In this document: in pieces, positions 9,134 to 18,625 of the stretch
Numbering within the stretch: position 1 is the stretch's first letter
Layout of the letters: the number at the start of each line of letters is the position of its first letter
Assembly (NCBI GenBank): GCA_964610105.1
Contig: CAZSUU010000003.1
Location: forward strand, 18,417-82,416
Direction of reading: 5' to 3'
Length of the DNA: 64,000 bases
From: an uncultured Verrucomicrobiota bacterium
Lineage (GTDB): Bacteria; Verrucomicrobiota; Kiritimatiellia; PWTM01
Position numbers and translations under genes: made by a program
Notes under the pieces: generated by a model
Databases searched by the model: none
The model's input: only the letters and a program-made list of their open reading frames with translations
What the model was told of the DNA's origin: nothing

Positions 9134-12100
9134 TCATTGTGCGCGCCCCTCACCCGGGCGGGGGTTCTGCCCCGGGACCGGCTCCACCGCGAGCCAGCAG
9201 GGGTGGCCGTTGAGATCCTGCGCCGACGCCCCGACGGGCGGTTCGCCTTCGTCCCACCCGGCCTCGACCGCCAGGGTCTCGGCCGAGATGTAAACCCGGT
9301 GGGCATCGAACGCCACGCGCACCCCCGCGTCGCCGCCGCACCGCAGGCGGATCCGCTGCGTGACCTCGAAATCCGCGGCCTTGCGCAGGTTCTGCACGCG
9401 GTTGACGATCTCGCGCGCCAGACCCTCCGCGACGAGCTCGGGCGTCAGCGCCACCTCCAGCGCGACCACGATCTCGCCCTCGGACCCGACGGCCAGGCCC
9501 TGCTTCGGGACCCTCTCGATGAGGATGTCGCCCGCGCCGATCTCCACCGCGTGGTCGCCCGCCTGCAGGGTCAGCGTCCCCCCCCCGCGGATCCGCTCGA
9601 TCTCGGCGGCATCCAGGTTGCGGATCACGGCGGCCACCTTCTGCATGGCGGAACCCACGCGCGGACCGAGGACCTTGAAATTCGCCTTGGCGCGCAGGTG
9701 GGCCAGCGCGCCCTCGTCGCGATTGAACCACACCGCCTTCACGTTGAGCTCGTCGGCGATGACCTCCTTCAGCGCCCGCAGCCGTTCGAGAACCGCGGGG
9801 TCGTGGCACACGATGTGCAGGCCGGCGAGGGGCTGCCGGACCTTCAGGTCGTGCTGCACCCGCACCTGCCGCCCGAGGCTGACCGCCGTCATGGCCGCCT
9901 CCATCTGCTCCTCCAGCGCGGGGTCGCGACGGCGCCCGTCGCTGACGGGGTAGTCGCACAGGTGGACGGAGACGGGCATGTCATCGGTGCGCAGGTTGGC
10001 GTGGATGGCCTCGCTGACGAACGGGACGAACGGGGCGGCGATCCGGCTCAGCCGGAGCAGGACCTCGTACAGCGTGGCGTAGGCCTCCGCCTTGTCCGCG
10101 TCGTCCGACGACTTCCAGAACCGGCGGCGGCTGCGGCGGATGTACCAGTTGGTGAGATCCTCCAGGAACCGCACGAACGGTCGGACCGCCTGTTGCAGGT
10201 CGTACCCGTCCATGGCCGTCACGACCTCCTCCGTCAGGCGGTCGAGCGCGCTCAGGATCCACCGGTCGAGCAGGTTGGAGGGCGGCGCCGCCTCCCCTCC
10301 TCCGCCGCTTCCGTTCCGCGGCGCCGGCCGCCAGCCGTCCACCCGCGCGTAGGTCACGAAGAAGGTGTACGCGTTCCACAGGGGGATGAGCAGCTCGCGC
10401 AACGCGTGCTTCACCCCCTCCTCGGAGAAGCACAGGTCCTCCGCGTGCACCACCGGGGAGTTGATCATGTAGAGCCGGAGGGCATCGGCCCCGTAGGTGT
10501 CGAGGATGTGCGCGGGGTCGGGGTAGTTCTTCAGGCGCTTGCTCATCTTCTGGCCGTTCTCGGCCAGGATCAGGCCGTTGACGACCACGTTGCGATAGGC
10601 GCTGCGGCGGAAGAGGGCCGTCGAGAGGACCAGGAGCGTGTAGAACCACCCCCGCGTCTGGTCCAGTCCCTCCGCGATGAAGTGCGCCGGGAAGAACCGG
10701 TCCAGCTCCCCGCCCCGCTCGAAGGGGAAATGCTGCTGCGCATAGGGCATCGCGCCGGACTCGAACCAGCAGTCGAGGACTTCCGGCGTGCGGCGGTAGA
10801 GCTTCCCCTTCCGCGTGAAGGTGACGCGGTCCACCACGTGCTTGTGAAGGTCGTTCACCCTCGTTCCGGAGAGGTCCTCGAGCTCCCGGATCGAGCCCAC
10901 GCAGATCGTGTCCGAGCCGTCCTCGGCCACCCAGACCGGGATGCACGATCCCCAGAAGCGATTGCGGCTGATGTTCCAGTCCTTCGCCTCGCGCAGCCAG
11001 TTCCCGAAGCGCTTGTCGCCCACGTAGGAGGGCACCCAGCGCACGGTGTCGTTGCTGGCGACGAGCTGCTCGCGCAGGTCCTCGACGCGCACGTACCACG
11101 CGTCGATGGCCCGGTAGATGAGCGGCGTGTCGGTGCGGTCGCAGTAGGGGTAGCTGTGCACGATCGTGCCCTGGTGAACCAGCCGCCCCTCCTCCTTCAA
11201 CCGCCGGACGATCGCCTTGTCGGCGTCCTTGCAGAACCGGCCTCGGTAGGCCGGCACCGCGTCGGTGAACCGGCACTCCGCGTCCAGGTAGTCGACCAGC
11301 GCGATCCCCGCGGCGCGGCACACGCGGAAGTCGTCCTCGCCGTAGGCCGGCGCCATGTGCACGATGCCGGTGCCGTCCTCCGTCGTGACGAATCCGTCGG
11401 TCAGCACGCGGAAGGCGCCCAGATGCCCCGCGAAGTCGGGGAACATCGGTTCGTACCGCCAGCCCGTCATGTCCGAGCCGCGGTAGCGCCGGAGCACCTC
11501 GTACTGGTCCGCCTGCTTGTAGTAGGCGGCCAGTCGCGCCTCCGCCAGCACGTACACGTTCCCGTCGGCCCTGTCCCGCACCGCGGCATACGCGATGTCC
11601 GGCCCGACGCACAGCGCCAGGTTGCCGGGCAGCGTCCACGGGGTGGTCGTCCAGATCAGCGCGAAGGCCGGCCCGCCCGAGGTCACCGCCGGATCCGCCT
11701 CGGTCAGGCGCAGCCGGACCGTGACCGCCGGATCCTGCACCTCGCGGTAGTTGCTGCCCGCCTCGAAGTTGGAGAGCGGGGTCGTGAGCTTCCAGCTGTA
11801 GGGCATGATCCGGTACGACTTGTAGATCCGGCCCTGGTCCCAGAGCTGCTTGAACAGCCACCAGATGGTCTCCATGAACGGGAGATCCATCGTCTTGTAG
11901 TCGTGGTCGAAATCGACCCAGCGCCCCATGCGCGTCACCGTCTTCTTCCATTCGCGGGTGTACCGCAGGACCATCGAGCGGCAGGTCTCGTTGAAGACGT
12001 CGATCCCCTTCTCGACGATCGCGGCGGCCCCCGCCAGCCCCAGCTGCTCCTGGGCGAGCGCCTCGATCGGCAGACCGTGGCAGTCCCAGCCGAAGCGCCG

Positions 12101-12340
12101 CTCCACGCGGTGGCCGCGCATCGCCTGGTAGCGGGGCACGATGTCCTTGATCGTGCCGGCCAGCAGATGCCCGTAGTGCGGGAGGCCGGTGGCGAAGGGC
12201 GGCCCGTCGTAGAAGATGAAGTCGGGCGCGCCTTCGCGCTGGGCGACCGACGTCCGGAAGATATCCCGGGCCTCCCAGAACCGGAGGATCTCCTCCTCCA
12301 TGGCCGGAAAACTGACCTTGCTGGACACGGCATCGAGCAT
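9134..12340 (-). CDS. ileS: Isoleucine--tRNA ligase (long, type-2-like)
   Basis: 1068 aa, HIGH region PHYGH, KMSKS as KMSKRLKN, editing domain present. Confidence 0.95.
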   Translation of the reverse strand: MLDAVSSKVSFPAMEEEILRFWEARDIFRTSVAQREGAPDFIFYDGPPFATGLPHYGHLLAGTIKDIVPRYQAMRGHRVERRFGWDCHGLPIEALAQEQLGLAGAAAIVEKGIDVFNETCRSMVLRYTREWKKTVTRMGRWVDFDHDYKTMDLPFMETIWWLFKQLWDQGRIYKSYRIMPYSWKLTTPLSNFEAGSNYREVQDPAVTVRLRLTEADPAVTSGGPAFALIWTTTPWTLPGNLALCVGPDIAYAAVRDRADGNVYVLAEARLAAYYKQADQYEVLRRYRGSDMTGWRYEPMFPDFAGHLGAFRVLTDGFVTTEDGTGIVHMAPAYGEDDFRVCRAAGIALVDYLDAECRFTDAVPAYRGRFCKDADKAIVRRLKEEGRLVHQGTIVHSYPYCDRTDTPLIYRAIDAWYVRVEDLREQLVASNDTVRWVPSYVGDKRFGNWLREAKDWNISRNRFWGSCIPVWVAEDGSDTICVGSIRELEDLSGTRVNDLHKHVVDRVTFTRKGKLYRRTPEVLDCWFESGAMPYAQQHFPFERGGELDRFFPAHFIAEGLDQTRGWFYTLLVLSTALFRRSAYRNVVVNGLILAENGQKMSKRLKNYPDPAHILDTYGADALRLYMINSPVVHAEDLCFSEEGVKHALRELLIPLWNAYTFFVTYARVDGWRPAPRNGSGGGGEAAPPSNLLDRWILSALDRLTEEVVTAMDGYDLQQAVRPFVRFLEDLTNWYIRRSRRRFWKSSDDADKAEAYATLYEVLLRLSRIAAPFVPFVSEAIHANLRTDDMPVSVHLCDYPVSDGRRRDPALEEQMEAAMTAVSLGRQVRVQHDLKVRQPLAGLHIVCHDPAVLERLRALKEVIADELNVKAVWFNRDEGALAHLRAKANFKVLGPRVGSAMQKVAAVIRNLDAAEIERIRGGGTLTLQAGDHAVEIGAGDILIERVPKQGLAVGSEGEIVVALEVALTPELVAEGLAREIVNRVQNLRKAADFEVTQRIRLRCGGDAGVRVAFDAHRVYISAETLAVEAGWDEGEPPVGASAQDLNGHPCWLAVEPVPGQNPRPGEGRAQ

Positions 12341-12445
12341 GGCGGCACCCTTTTTGATCGCGAAAAACGAGCCGTTAGCATAGGTTTACCGGCGTTTTCA
12401 TTTCAAGCACGAACGACGCGGACGCACGCCACGGGAGGCACGGAC

Positions 12446-13798
12446 ATGAACGGAGACCTGAGCGAGCTCGAGCGAACGCTGTCGGACTTCGACCCGGCGA
12501 AGCGCCGCCGCGCCCTGGAGGAGCTGGCCCGCGGCCTGCCGTCGGGCGAGATCCCGGTGGAACCCGCGGGACACGATGTCAATCTCCACTGCCACACCTT
12601 CTTCTCCTACAATCCGTACGGCTACTCCCCCTCCCAGTTCGCATGGCTCGCCCGCCGGAAGGGCCTGGCCGTGGCCGGGATCGTGGACTTCGACGTCCTC
12701 GACGGCGTGGACGAATTCATCGAGGCCGGCCGCCTGCTGGGATTGCGGACCTGCGCGGGCGTGGAGAGCCGGGTCTTCGTGCCGGAGTTCGCGACGCGCG
12801 TGATCAACTCGCCCGGCGAACCGGGCATCGCGTACCACATGGGCGTCGGCATGCCGCGCACGGCCCCCCCGGCGGAGCTGACGCCGTTCCTGAACGGGAT
12901 GCGCTCGACCGCCGCGAACCGCAACCGCACGCTGGTCGAAACGGTGAACCGGCACCTGGCGCCGGCCGCACTGGACTACGACCGCGACGTAGTCCCCCTG
13001 ACGCCGGCCGGCAACGCCACCGAACGCCACATCTGCGAGGCCTATGCCCGGAAGGCCCGGGAGGTCTTCGGCGGGGAGCAGGCCCTCCGGGCGTTCTGGG
13101 TGGAGAAACTCCGCGTCGACGAATCGAAGCTCGACCTGCCGGACGGCCCGAAACTGCAGGCCGCCATACGCTCGGCCACGATGAAGAAGGGCGGCGTCGG
13201 CTACGTGCAGCCCGGGGCCGGTTGCTTCCCGACCATGGCGGAGATGAGCCGGTTCGTCCTCGCGGCGGGAGGCATTCCGACCCTGACGTGGCTGGATGGG
13301 CTGTCCGAGGGGGAGCAGGCGATCGATGAGCTGATGGACGTGGCCGAGGCGTGCGGAGCGGCCGCGCTGAACATCATACCCGACCGCAACTTCACGCCGG
13401 GCGTCAGGGACCACAGGCTGGAGAACCTCTACGAAATCGTCGGGCGGGCCACGCGACGGCGGTGGCCGATCGTGGTCGGCACCGAGATGAACAGCCCGGG
13501 CAACCGGTTCGTCGACCAGTTCGCGTCGCCGGAGCTGCACCCGCTGGTTCTGTACTTCCTGCGGGGGGGCCGGATCGTGTACGCCCACAGCCAGATGCAG
13601 CGGGAATCGGGCATGGGGCTCCTGAGCGACTGGGCGCGCCGCCGTTTCCCCGACGCCGCATCCCGCAACAACTTCTTCGAGACCATCGGCGTCCTGCTCA
13701 AACCCGGCCGCGAGGCGGTGCTGGCGAAGCTCAGCGCCGCCATGACGCCGGGCGAGGTGCTCGACGCGATCCTCGTCGACCGCGGCTGCTGCGGATAG
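12446..13798 (+). CDS. PHP-domain (polymerase/histidinol-phosphatase family) metal-dependent phosphoesterase
   Basis: 450 aa, N-terminal HCHTFFSY motif typical of the PHP fold. Divergent from ileS. ATG at 12446 inside the 1577-aa antisense artefact ORF. Confidence 0.65.
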   Translation: MNGDLSELERTLSDFDPAKRRRALEELARGLPSGEIPVEPAGHDVNLHCHTFFSYNPYGYSPSQFAWLARRKGLAVAGIVDFDVLDGVDEFIEAGRLLGLRTCAGVESRVFVPEFATRVINSPGEPGIAYHMGVGMPRTAPPAELTPFLNGMRSTAANRNRTLVETVNRHLAPAALDYDRDVVPLTPAGNATERHICEAYARKAREVFGGEQALRAFWVEKLRVDESKLDLPDGPKLQAAIRSATMKKGGVGYVQPGAGCFPTMAEMSRFVLAAGGIPTLTWLDGLSEGEQAIDELMDVAEACGAAALNIIPDRNFTPGVRDHRLENLYEIVGRATRRRWPIVVGTEMNSPGNRFVDQFASPELHPLVLYFLRGGRIVYAHSQMQRESGMGLLSDWARRRFPDAASRNNFFETIGVLLKPGREAVLAKLSAAMTPGEVLDAILVDRGCCG

Positions 13799-13841
13799 CG
13801 CCGACGTCAGAAGGCCCGCGAAAAACACCAGCACGTGCGGG

Positions 13842-15110
13842 TCATCTCTCGGCGGAACCGTCCAACGCCTTCCGGGTCGTGCGCGTGTCCCTGAGTCCAT
13901 GTGCCGCCGCGCGGCGGTGACCGGGCGTCGCTGAACACGGAGTTGACTGCGCGACGCACGCCGCACGGCGGCGGGGCGGCTCGGGACACTGGGGGTTGGA
14001 GTATGAGGCTTGGGACTTGGTTCTGAGCGCCTCGATGATCCGGAGATCCGCCCGGGAGAAAGGATAGCGATCGAACTCGGCGGGACGGACCCATGCGTAC
14101 CCCGCGCAATGGCGGCAGCGGGGCCTGCCCCTGCGGATGCGCGCGAAGTGGGCGTGCAGCTCGATGGTGAAATGGCTGTAGGCGTGGTGGACCACGGTGA
14201 GCGGGAGACCGACCTCCACCTCCAGCGCCATCTCCTCCCGCATCTCGCGGCGGATGCACTGCTCCATCGTCTCGCCGGCCTCGCGCTTTCCTCCGGGGAA
14301 CTCCCACAGACCGCCCAGCATGTCGTCTTCCCGCCGGCGGGCGATGAGGATCTCGCCGCGGCGATTGAGCGTCACGGCCGCCCCCACGACCAGGTGCGGC
14401 ACCCGCCGCCGCCGCCGGGCGGCGGGCCAGCGCTCCGGATGGCCGGAGACGCCTCCCCGGCAGACCTCCCGCAGGGGACAGGCGTCGCAGCGGGGCCGGC
14501 GCGGGAGGCAGACCGTCGCGCCGAGTTCCATCATCGCCTCGTTGAAGGCCCCCGCGCGTCCGGGCGGCAACAGCGCCGCCGCCAGCGCGCGGCCTTCCTC
14601 CGGGCTCATGCGCGACCGGGTCCGCAGGCGGCACAGCACACGAAGCACGTTCCCGTCCACGGCCGCCACATCGCGCCCGAAGGCCAGGCTGGCCACCGCC
14701 GCCGCCGCGTACGGTCCCAGACCCGGCAGTCCGAGAAGGCCCGCGAGGGTATCGGGGAGCCGGCCGCCGGACTCCCGACAGACAGTGACGGCCAGCCGGT
14801 GGAGATGGCGGGCGCGGGCGTAGTAGCCGAGTCCTTCCCACGCCTTCAGCACGTCGTCGAGAGACGCGCGCGAAAGGGCGCGCATCGAAGGAAATCGCCT
14901 GAGAAAGCGGCGGTAGAACGGCATCGCCTGCTCCACGCGCGTCTGCTGCAGCATGAGCTCGGAGACCAGCACGCGATAGGGCGTCCGGTTCCTCCGCCAG
15001 GGGAGATCGCGGCCGTTCGCGTCGAACCACGGCAGAAGCCGGTCCCGGACGGCCCGGGCGAGGCCGGCCCGATCGCGAACTCCGGTGGATGGCTTTCGCT
15101 TCATGGCCAA
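13842..15110 (-). CDS. mutY: A/G-specific adenine DNA glycosylase with C-terminal NUDIX-like domain
   Basis: HhH-GPD fold, 4Fe-4S cluster cysteines CLPRRPRCDACPLREVC, NUDIX-like C-domain. The last ~60 codons look like low-complexity read-through. Confidence 0.85.
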   Translation of the reverse strand: MAMKRKPSTGVRDRAGLARAVRDRLLPWFDANGRDLPWRRNRTPYRVLVSELMLQQTRVEQAMPFYRRFLRRFPSMRALSRASLDDVLKAWEGLGYYARARHLHRLAVTVCRESGGRLPDTLAGLLGLPGLGPYAAAAVASLAFGRDVAAVDGNVLRVLCRLRTRSRMSPEEGRALAAALLPPGRAGAFNEAMMELGATVCLPRRPRCDACPLREVCRGGVSGHPERWPAARRRRRVPHLVVGAAVTLNRRGEILIARRREDDMLGGLWEFPGGKREAGETMEQCIRREMREEMALEVEVGLPLTVVHHAYSHFTIELHAHFARIRRGRPRCRHCAGYAWVRPAEFDRYPFSRADLRIIEALRTKSQASYSNPQCPEPPRRRAACVAQSTPCSATPGHRRAAAHGLRDTRTTRKALDGSAER

Positions 15111-15306
15111 GAAGTCCGGCCGTCACCGGCCCCTTCCGCGGACCCGGTCATGCTCCCGGGTCTGGCCCGCCAGGTCAAGCGAAGGGAGGACATGGCCTGG
15201 TCGGAATGGCATGCTCCTCGGACGCCCGCACTCATGAAACGCGGTGTGGACACCGCGTCCCCACCCCGGGTCCGGCGGCGGGCTTGTGTCTACAGACGCC
15301 CAACGG

Positions 15307-16815
15307 TCAGATGATGTCCACGACCACGTCGTCCGCCTGCTTCTCCGTCGGGGCGTCGTCGATCTTGATTTCCTTGTAGGTCGGCAGGAAGCGGTAGTAG
15401 ACCATGAGGCTCAGGGCGCTGAACTCGGTCCCATAGACGGGGCCGTATCCCCGCTCCTCCTCGCCCTGCGGCGTCCAGCTCCCGTCGGCGTTCTGCCGCT
15501 CGATCATGACCTTCGCGAAGGAGTTGTTCCAGTTCTCCCACGTGCTCTTGCCCTTGTGGAACTTCGCCTGCGTCATGTAGTACCAGGCGTACAATTCCCG
15601 CTTCACCCCCTCCGGGTCGGTCCAGTCGCACCGCAGGGGCTCCATGGCCTTGAGCGCGCCTTCCACCTGGTCGGAGTTCCCGTGACCCAGCAACTGCAGG
15701 CACAGGGTTCCAATGGCGGTACAGGCCCACGTGGGCCCCGAATCCTTGCCCGGCTCCGGCGCGTATCGGAACTTCCCGCTGCCCGCGTCGTAGTTCATCT
15801 TGAAGCCGTTCACGCACCTCTCCATCGCCTCCTTCAGGCCCGGAACATCCGCCCCGGCGATGTAGGCCGCCTTCATGGCCTGCGCCTGCCAGCCGGCCAC
15901 CGAGGTGTCGCGTCGGCCGTTCTTGGCGTACCCGTAGGTGTAGCCGCCCGTATCCTGCATGCCCGCGATGATGTACGAGACCGCCTTCTCCATCACCACG
16001 CGAAGCGAAGGAATCCGGGTCAGCGCGTAAGCCTCGCACGCGGCATACGCGGCGATCCCGTTGGCGTAGGCATTCAGCCCGCCTCCGGTGCCCGACCCCG
16101 CCTTGAACGCGCCGTTGTCCTCCTGCTGGCTGACCAGGTACTTGATCGCCCGGTCGACGGTCGGCCCGTACCGCTCGGAGGTGTGCGTCTCGCCGTGCGA
16201 CAGGAAGCAGAGCAGCCCGAGCCCGGTCATGGCGACCTTGTTCCTCGCCCCGCCCGTGCCTTCCCACGAACCGTCGCCCAACTGGTGGTTCTTGAGCCAC
16301 TCCAGGGCCTTGATCACCGCCGCTTCCGTGGCCTGGCCATACCGGCGATTGAACTCGCCCAGCGAACGCGCCCGGCCGCCGGCGGACCGCCCGGCGAACA
16401 GTCCCTTCATGATCAGCGGGCTCTGGGCCTCGGCGCTGATGTCCAGCGCCGCCAGGTCCTCGGGCTGTGCACTGGGAGGCGCCTCGACCTCCGGCGGCGT
16501 TTCCGTCAGCATCTGCGCGTCGGGGGGGGTGATCTCGATCTCCACGTCCTTCAGCTCGTCCAGCCTCTTCTCGAACTCCTCCAGGTCCTTCGCGTCGGGC
16601 TCCACCACCGTGACTTCGATGTTCGCGGCATCGGGCCGGTTCGGCATGATCACCAGGTTGATGAGGAGGATGACCAGGCCGATGTGCAGGATGACGGAAC
16701 CCGTGGGACCCCAGAGGTGGTCGATGATCCGCTGGAGGTGGTAATTGACGTGCTTCTGGAGGCCGGCATCGGCGTCCGGCCGCTCTCTCTGCTTCTTTTC
16801 CTGCTCGTCTGCCAT
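15307..16815 (-). CDS. TonB-like N-terminal anchor (SxxxH TM helix + Pro/Glu-rich linker) fused to prenyltransferase/squalene-oxidase-repeat alpha/alpha-toroid domain
   Basis: TM helix GSVILHIGLVILLINLVIMP carries S-x3-H as in the E. coli TonB TM helix (SVCIH). It is followed by a PPDAQMLTETPPEVEAPPSAQPED linker and repeated DGSW/NGAF toroid motifs. Immediately downstream of exbB-exbD-exbD. Confidence 0.7.
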   Translation of the reverse strand: MADEQEKKQRERPDADAGLQKHVNYHLQRIIDHLWGPTGSVILHIGLVILLINLVIMPNRPDAANIEVTVVEPDAKDLEEFEKRLDELKDVEIEITPPDAQMLTETPPEVEAPPSAQPEDLAALDISAEAQSPLIMKGLFAGRSAGGRARSLGEFNRRYGQATEAAVIKALEWLKNHQLGDGSWEGTGGARNKVAMTGLGLLCFLSHGETHTSERYGPTVDRAIKYLVSQQEDNGAFKAGSGTGGGLNAYANGIAAYAACEAYALTRIPSLRVVMEKAVSYIIAGMQDTGGYTYGYAKNGRRDTSVAGWQAQAMKAAYIAGADVPGLKEAMERCVNGFKMNYDAGSGKFRYAPEPGKDSGPTWACTAIGTLCLQLLGHGNSDQVEGALKAMEPLRCDWTDPEGVKRELYAWYYMTQAKFHKGKSTWENWNNSFAKVMIERQNADGSWTPQGEEERGYGPVYGTEFSALSLMVYYRFLPTYKEIKIDDAPTEKQADDVVVDII

Positions 16816-16897
16816 ATGCCACCGCCTTTCCGTCCGTCCGCCGGGTCGGCTCAAACCCTCTTCCGCGTTCGCGCGCGGACTGGACAGGAGCGATTCG

Positions 16898-17308
16898 TTA
16901 ATTCGTGCTGATCACCGACAGGTTCTTCAGCTCCGCCTTGGCCGACAGGTCGAGGACCTTGATCAGTCGCTCGTGGTGCGAGCCGCCGGAGCACATGATC
17001 AGGATGGTCTGCGTCTTGTCGAGCGCCGCCAGCTCGCCCAGCAGCTTGTCGAGCCCGGCCACGTCGACCGGCCGGTCGTTGATCGTATAGCCGTCGGGAA
17101 AGATGTTGATGCGGATGAGCTTGGGCGGGGTCTGCAGCTTCTCCTGCTTCGCCTCGGGCGAGGGGCGCGAGACGTCCAGGTGGGCGAAAACGTCCATGGG
17201 CTTGATGGTGACAATGAAGTACACCAGCAGCTGGAACACGACGTCGATCATCGGCGTCATGGGCAGTTCCGCGGGCGGGGTCTTCGATTTGCGTCGTTTG
17301 CGCGCCAT
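16898..17308 (-). CDS. exbD: Biopolymer transport protein ExbD/TolR (paralog 2)
   Basis: 136 aa, N-terminal TM MTPMIDVVFQLLVYFIV, ExbD family. Confidence 0.85.
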   Translation of the reverse strand: MARKRRKSKTPPAELPMTPMIDVVFQLLVYFIVTIKPMDVFAHLDVSRPSPEAKQEKLQTPPKLIRINIFPDGYTINDRPVDVAGLDKLLGELAALDKTQTILIMCSGGSHHERLIKVLDLSAKAELKNLSVISTN

Positions 17309-17320
17309 GGTATGTCCTGC

Positions 17321-17746
17321 CTATTTCGGTGGAGCCTTGGCGGCTTCCTTGATGGCGGAAAACTTGATCTTCCACAGCCCCGCCTGCGAGCAGGCGTCGA
17401 TCACGCGCCGGACGTCGTCGTGCCGCACGAGGGCGTCCGCGCGGATGACCACGGGCAGGCTCTGGGTGTGCCGCGCCACCTGTCCCCGCATGAACGACCG
17501 CAGCGCCGGCAGCGTCATCCGGGAACGGGCGATGTACACCCGTCCCTGGTCATCCACATCGATCGTGATGGTGCGCGGGTCCTTCTTCTCCACCGCCCTC
17601 CCGTGGGGGGCCAGCGCCATGCGCAGGTCCATCTCCAGTTGCTGGTTCTGCATGGCGATCGTCACGATGAAGAAGATGATGAGCTGGAACACGACGTCGA
17701 TCATCGGCGTCATGTTCATCCCCGTTTCGTCCGACCGTTTTCGCAT
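17321..17746 (-). CDS. exbD: Biopolymer transport protein ExbD/TolR (paralog 1)
   Basis: 141 aa, MTPMIDVVFQLIIFFIV TM segment. Confidence 0.85.
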   Translation of the reverse strand: MRKRSDETGMNMTPMIDVVFQLIIFFIVTIAMQNQQLEMDLRMALAPHGRAVEKKDPRTITIDVDDQGRVYIARSRMTLPALRSFMRGQVARHTQSLPVVIRADALVRHDDVRRVIDACSQAGLWKIKFSAIKEAAKAPPK

Positions 17747-17787
17747 GACTCACTCTCCGAAGCCCGGCGGCCCGGGATGGCCGGGGA

Positions 17788-18576
17788 TCACTCTTCTTCG
17801 GACACGACCTCGACGTTTCGCAGCGACTTGATCAGGTCCAGCGTCTTCGTCTCCATGGAGAGGATGATCTTGGTCGCGAGATTCCGGAAGTAGGTATAGA
17901 ACCCGATGGCCGGGATGGCCACGATGAGGCCGGCGGCCGTGGTCCAGAGCGCCTGGCCGATGTTCTTCGCCAGCATGGCGGTCTGTCCCGATCCCGCCTC
18001 GCCGAACGCCAGGGTCATGAAGGCGTAGATCATGCCCTGCACCGTGCCCAGCAGGCCGAGCATCGGGGCGAGATTGGCGCAGACGTTCAGGTAGGCGACC
18101 CGCTGCATCAGTTTCTCGGTCTCCAGGTCGGCCGCGACGCCGACGACATCCTGGATCACGTCGAACCCCTCCTGCACGTTGGAGAAGCCCGCCGAGAGGA
18201 TGCTGGCCAGGGGCGTCGGGCGATCCTCGCAGTACTTCAGCGCCTTCATCACGTCGCCCTGCTTCATGGCCTCGCTCACCTGGGCCACGAGCTCGTCGGG
18301 GGCGATTTTCTTCTCCTTGATGGTCACGAACGAGTCGATGATCAGCGCCGCCGCCGCCACCGAGGCGGCGCCCAGGGCCATCCAGAGAATGACGCCCAGC
18401 CAGCCGCTGCTGGTCACCACCGACCAGAAGCCCATGCTCTGGGCGCTGGGCGCGGCCGCGGCCGCGGTCGCGGTCGCCGGCGCATTGGTGACCATGTCCT
18501 GGGCCAGGCCCGTGGCCGCGCACATCACCAGGCCCGCGAACCATAAAGCAGTCCGAAGCACCGACTTCATCTTCAT
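17788..18576 (-). CDS. exbB: MotA/TolQ/ExbB proton-channel protein with signal-peptide-like N-terminal extension
   Basis: Start at MKMKSV (ATG 18576); three TM helices, conserved C-terminal TM pair (GLLGTVQGMIYAF, AMLAKNIGQALWTTAAGLIVAIPA). Confidence 0.85.
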   Translation of the reverse strand: MKMKSVLRTALWFAGLVMCAATGLAQDMVTNAPATATAAAAAPSAQSMGFWSVVTSSGWLGVILWMALGAASVAAAALIIDSFVTIKEKKIAPDELVAQVSEAMKQGDVMKALKYCEDRPTPLASILSAGFSNVQEGFDVIQDVVGVAADLETEKLMQRVAYLNVCANLAPMLGLLGTVQGMIYAFMTLAFGEAGSGQTAMLAKNIGQALWTTAAGLIVAIPAIGFYTYFRNLATKIILSMETKTLDLIKSLRNVEVVSEEE

Positions 18577-18625
18577 CCCTCGTATCCTTTCCTTACGCAC
18601 TCCGTTCCCGTCCGGCAAAACCCTG

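Noticed and set aside
9065-13798. 1577-aa plus-strand ORF
   Set aside because: Antisense to ileS for most of its length, with GC-rich low-complexity translation. Only its last 450 codons (from ATG 12446) form a real gene, the PHP-domain protein. Typical high-GC antisense ORF.
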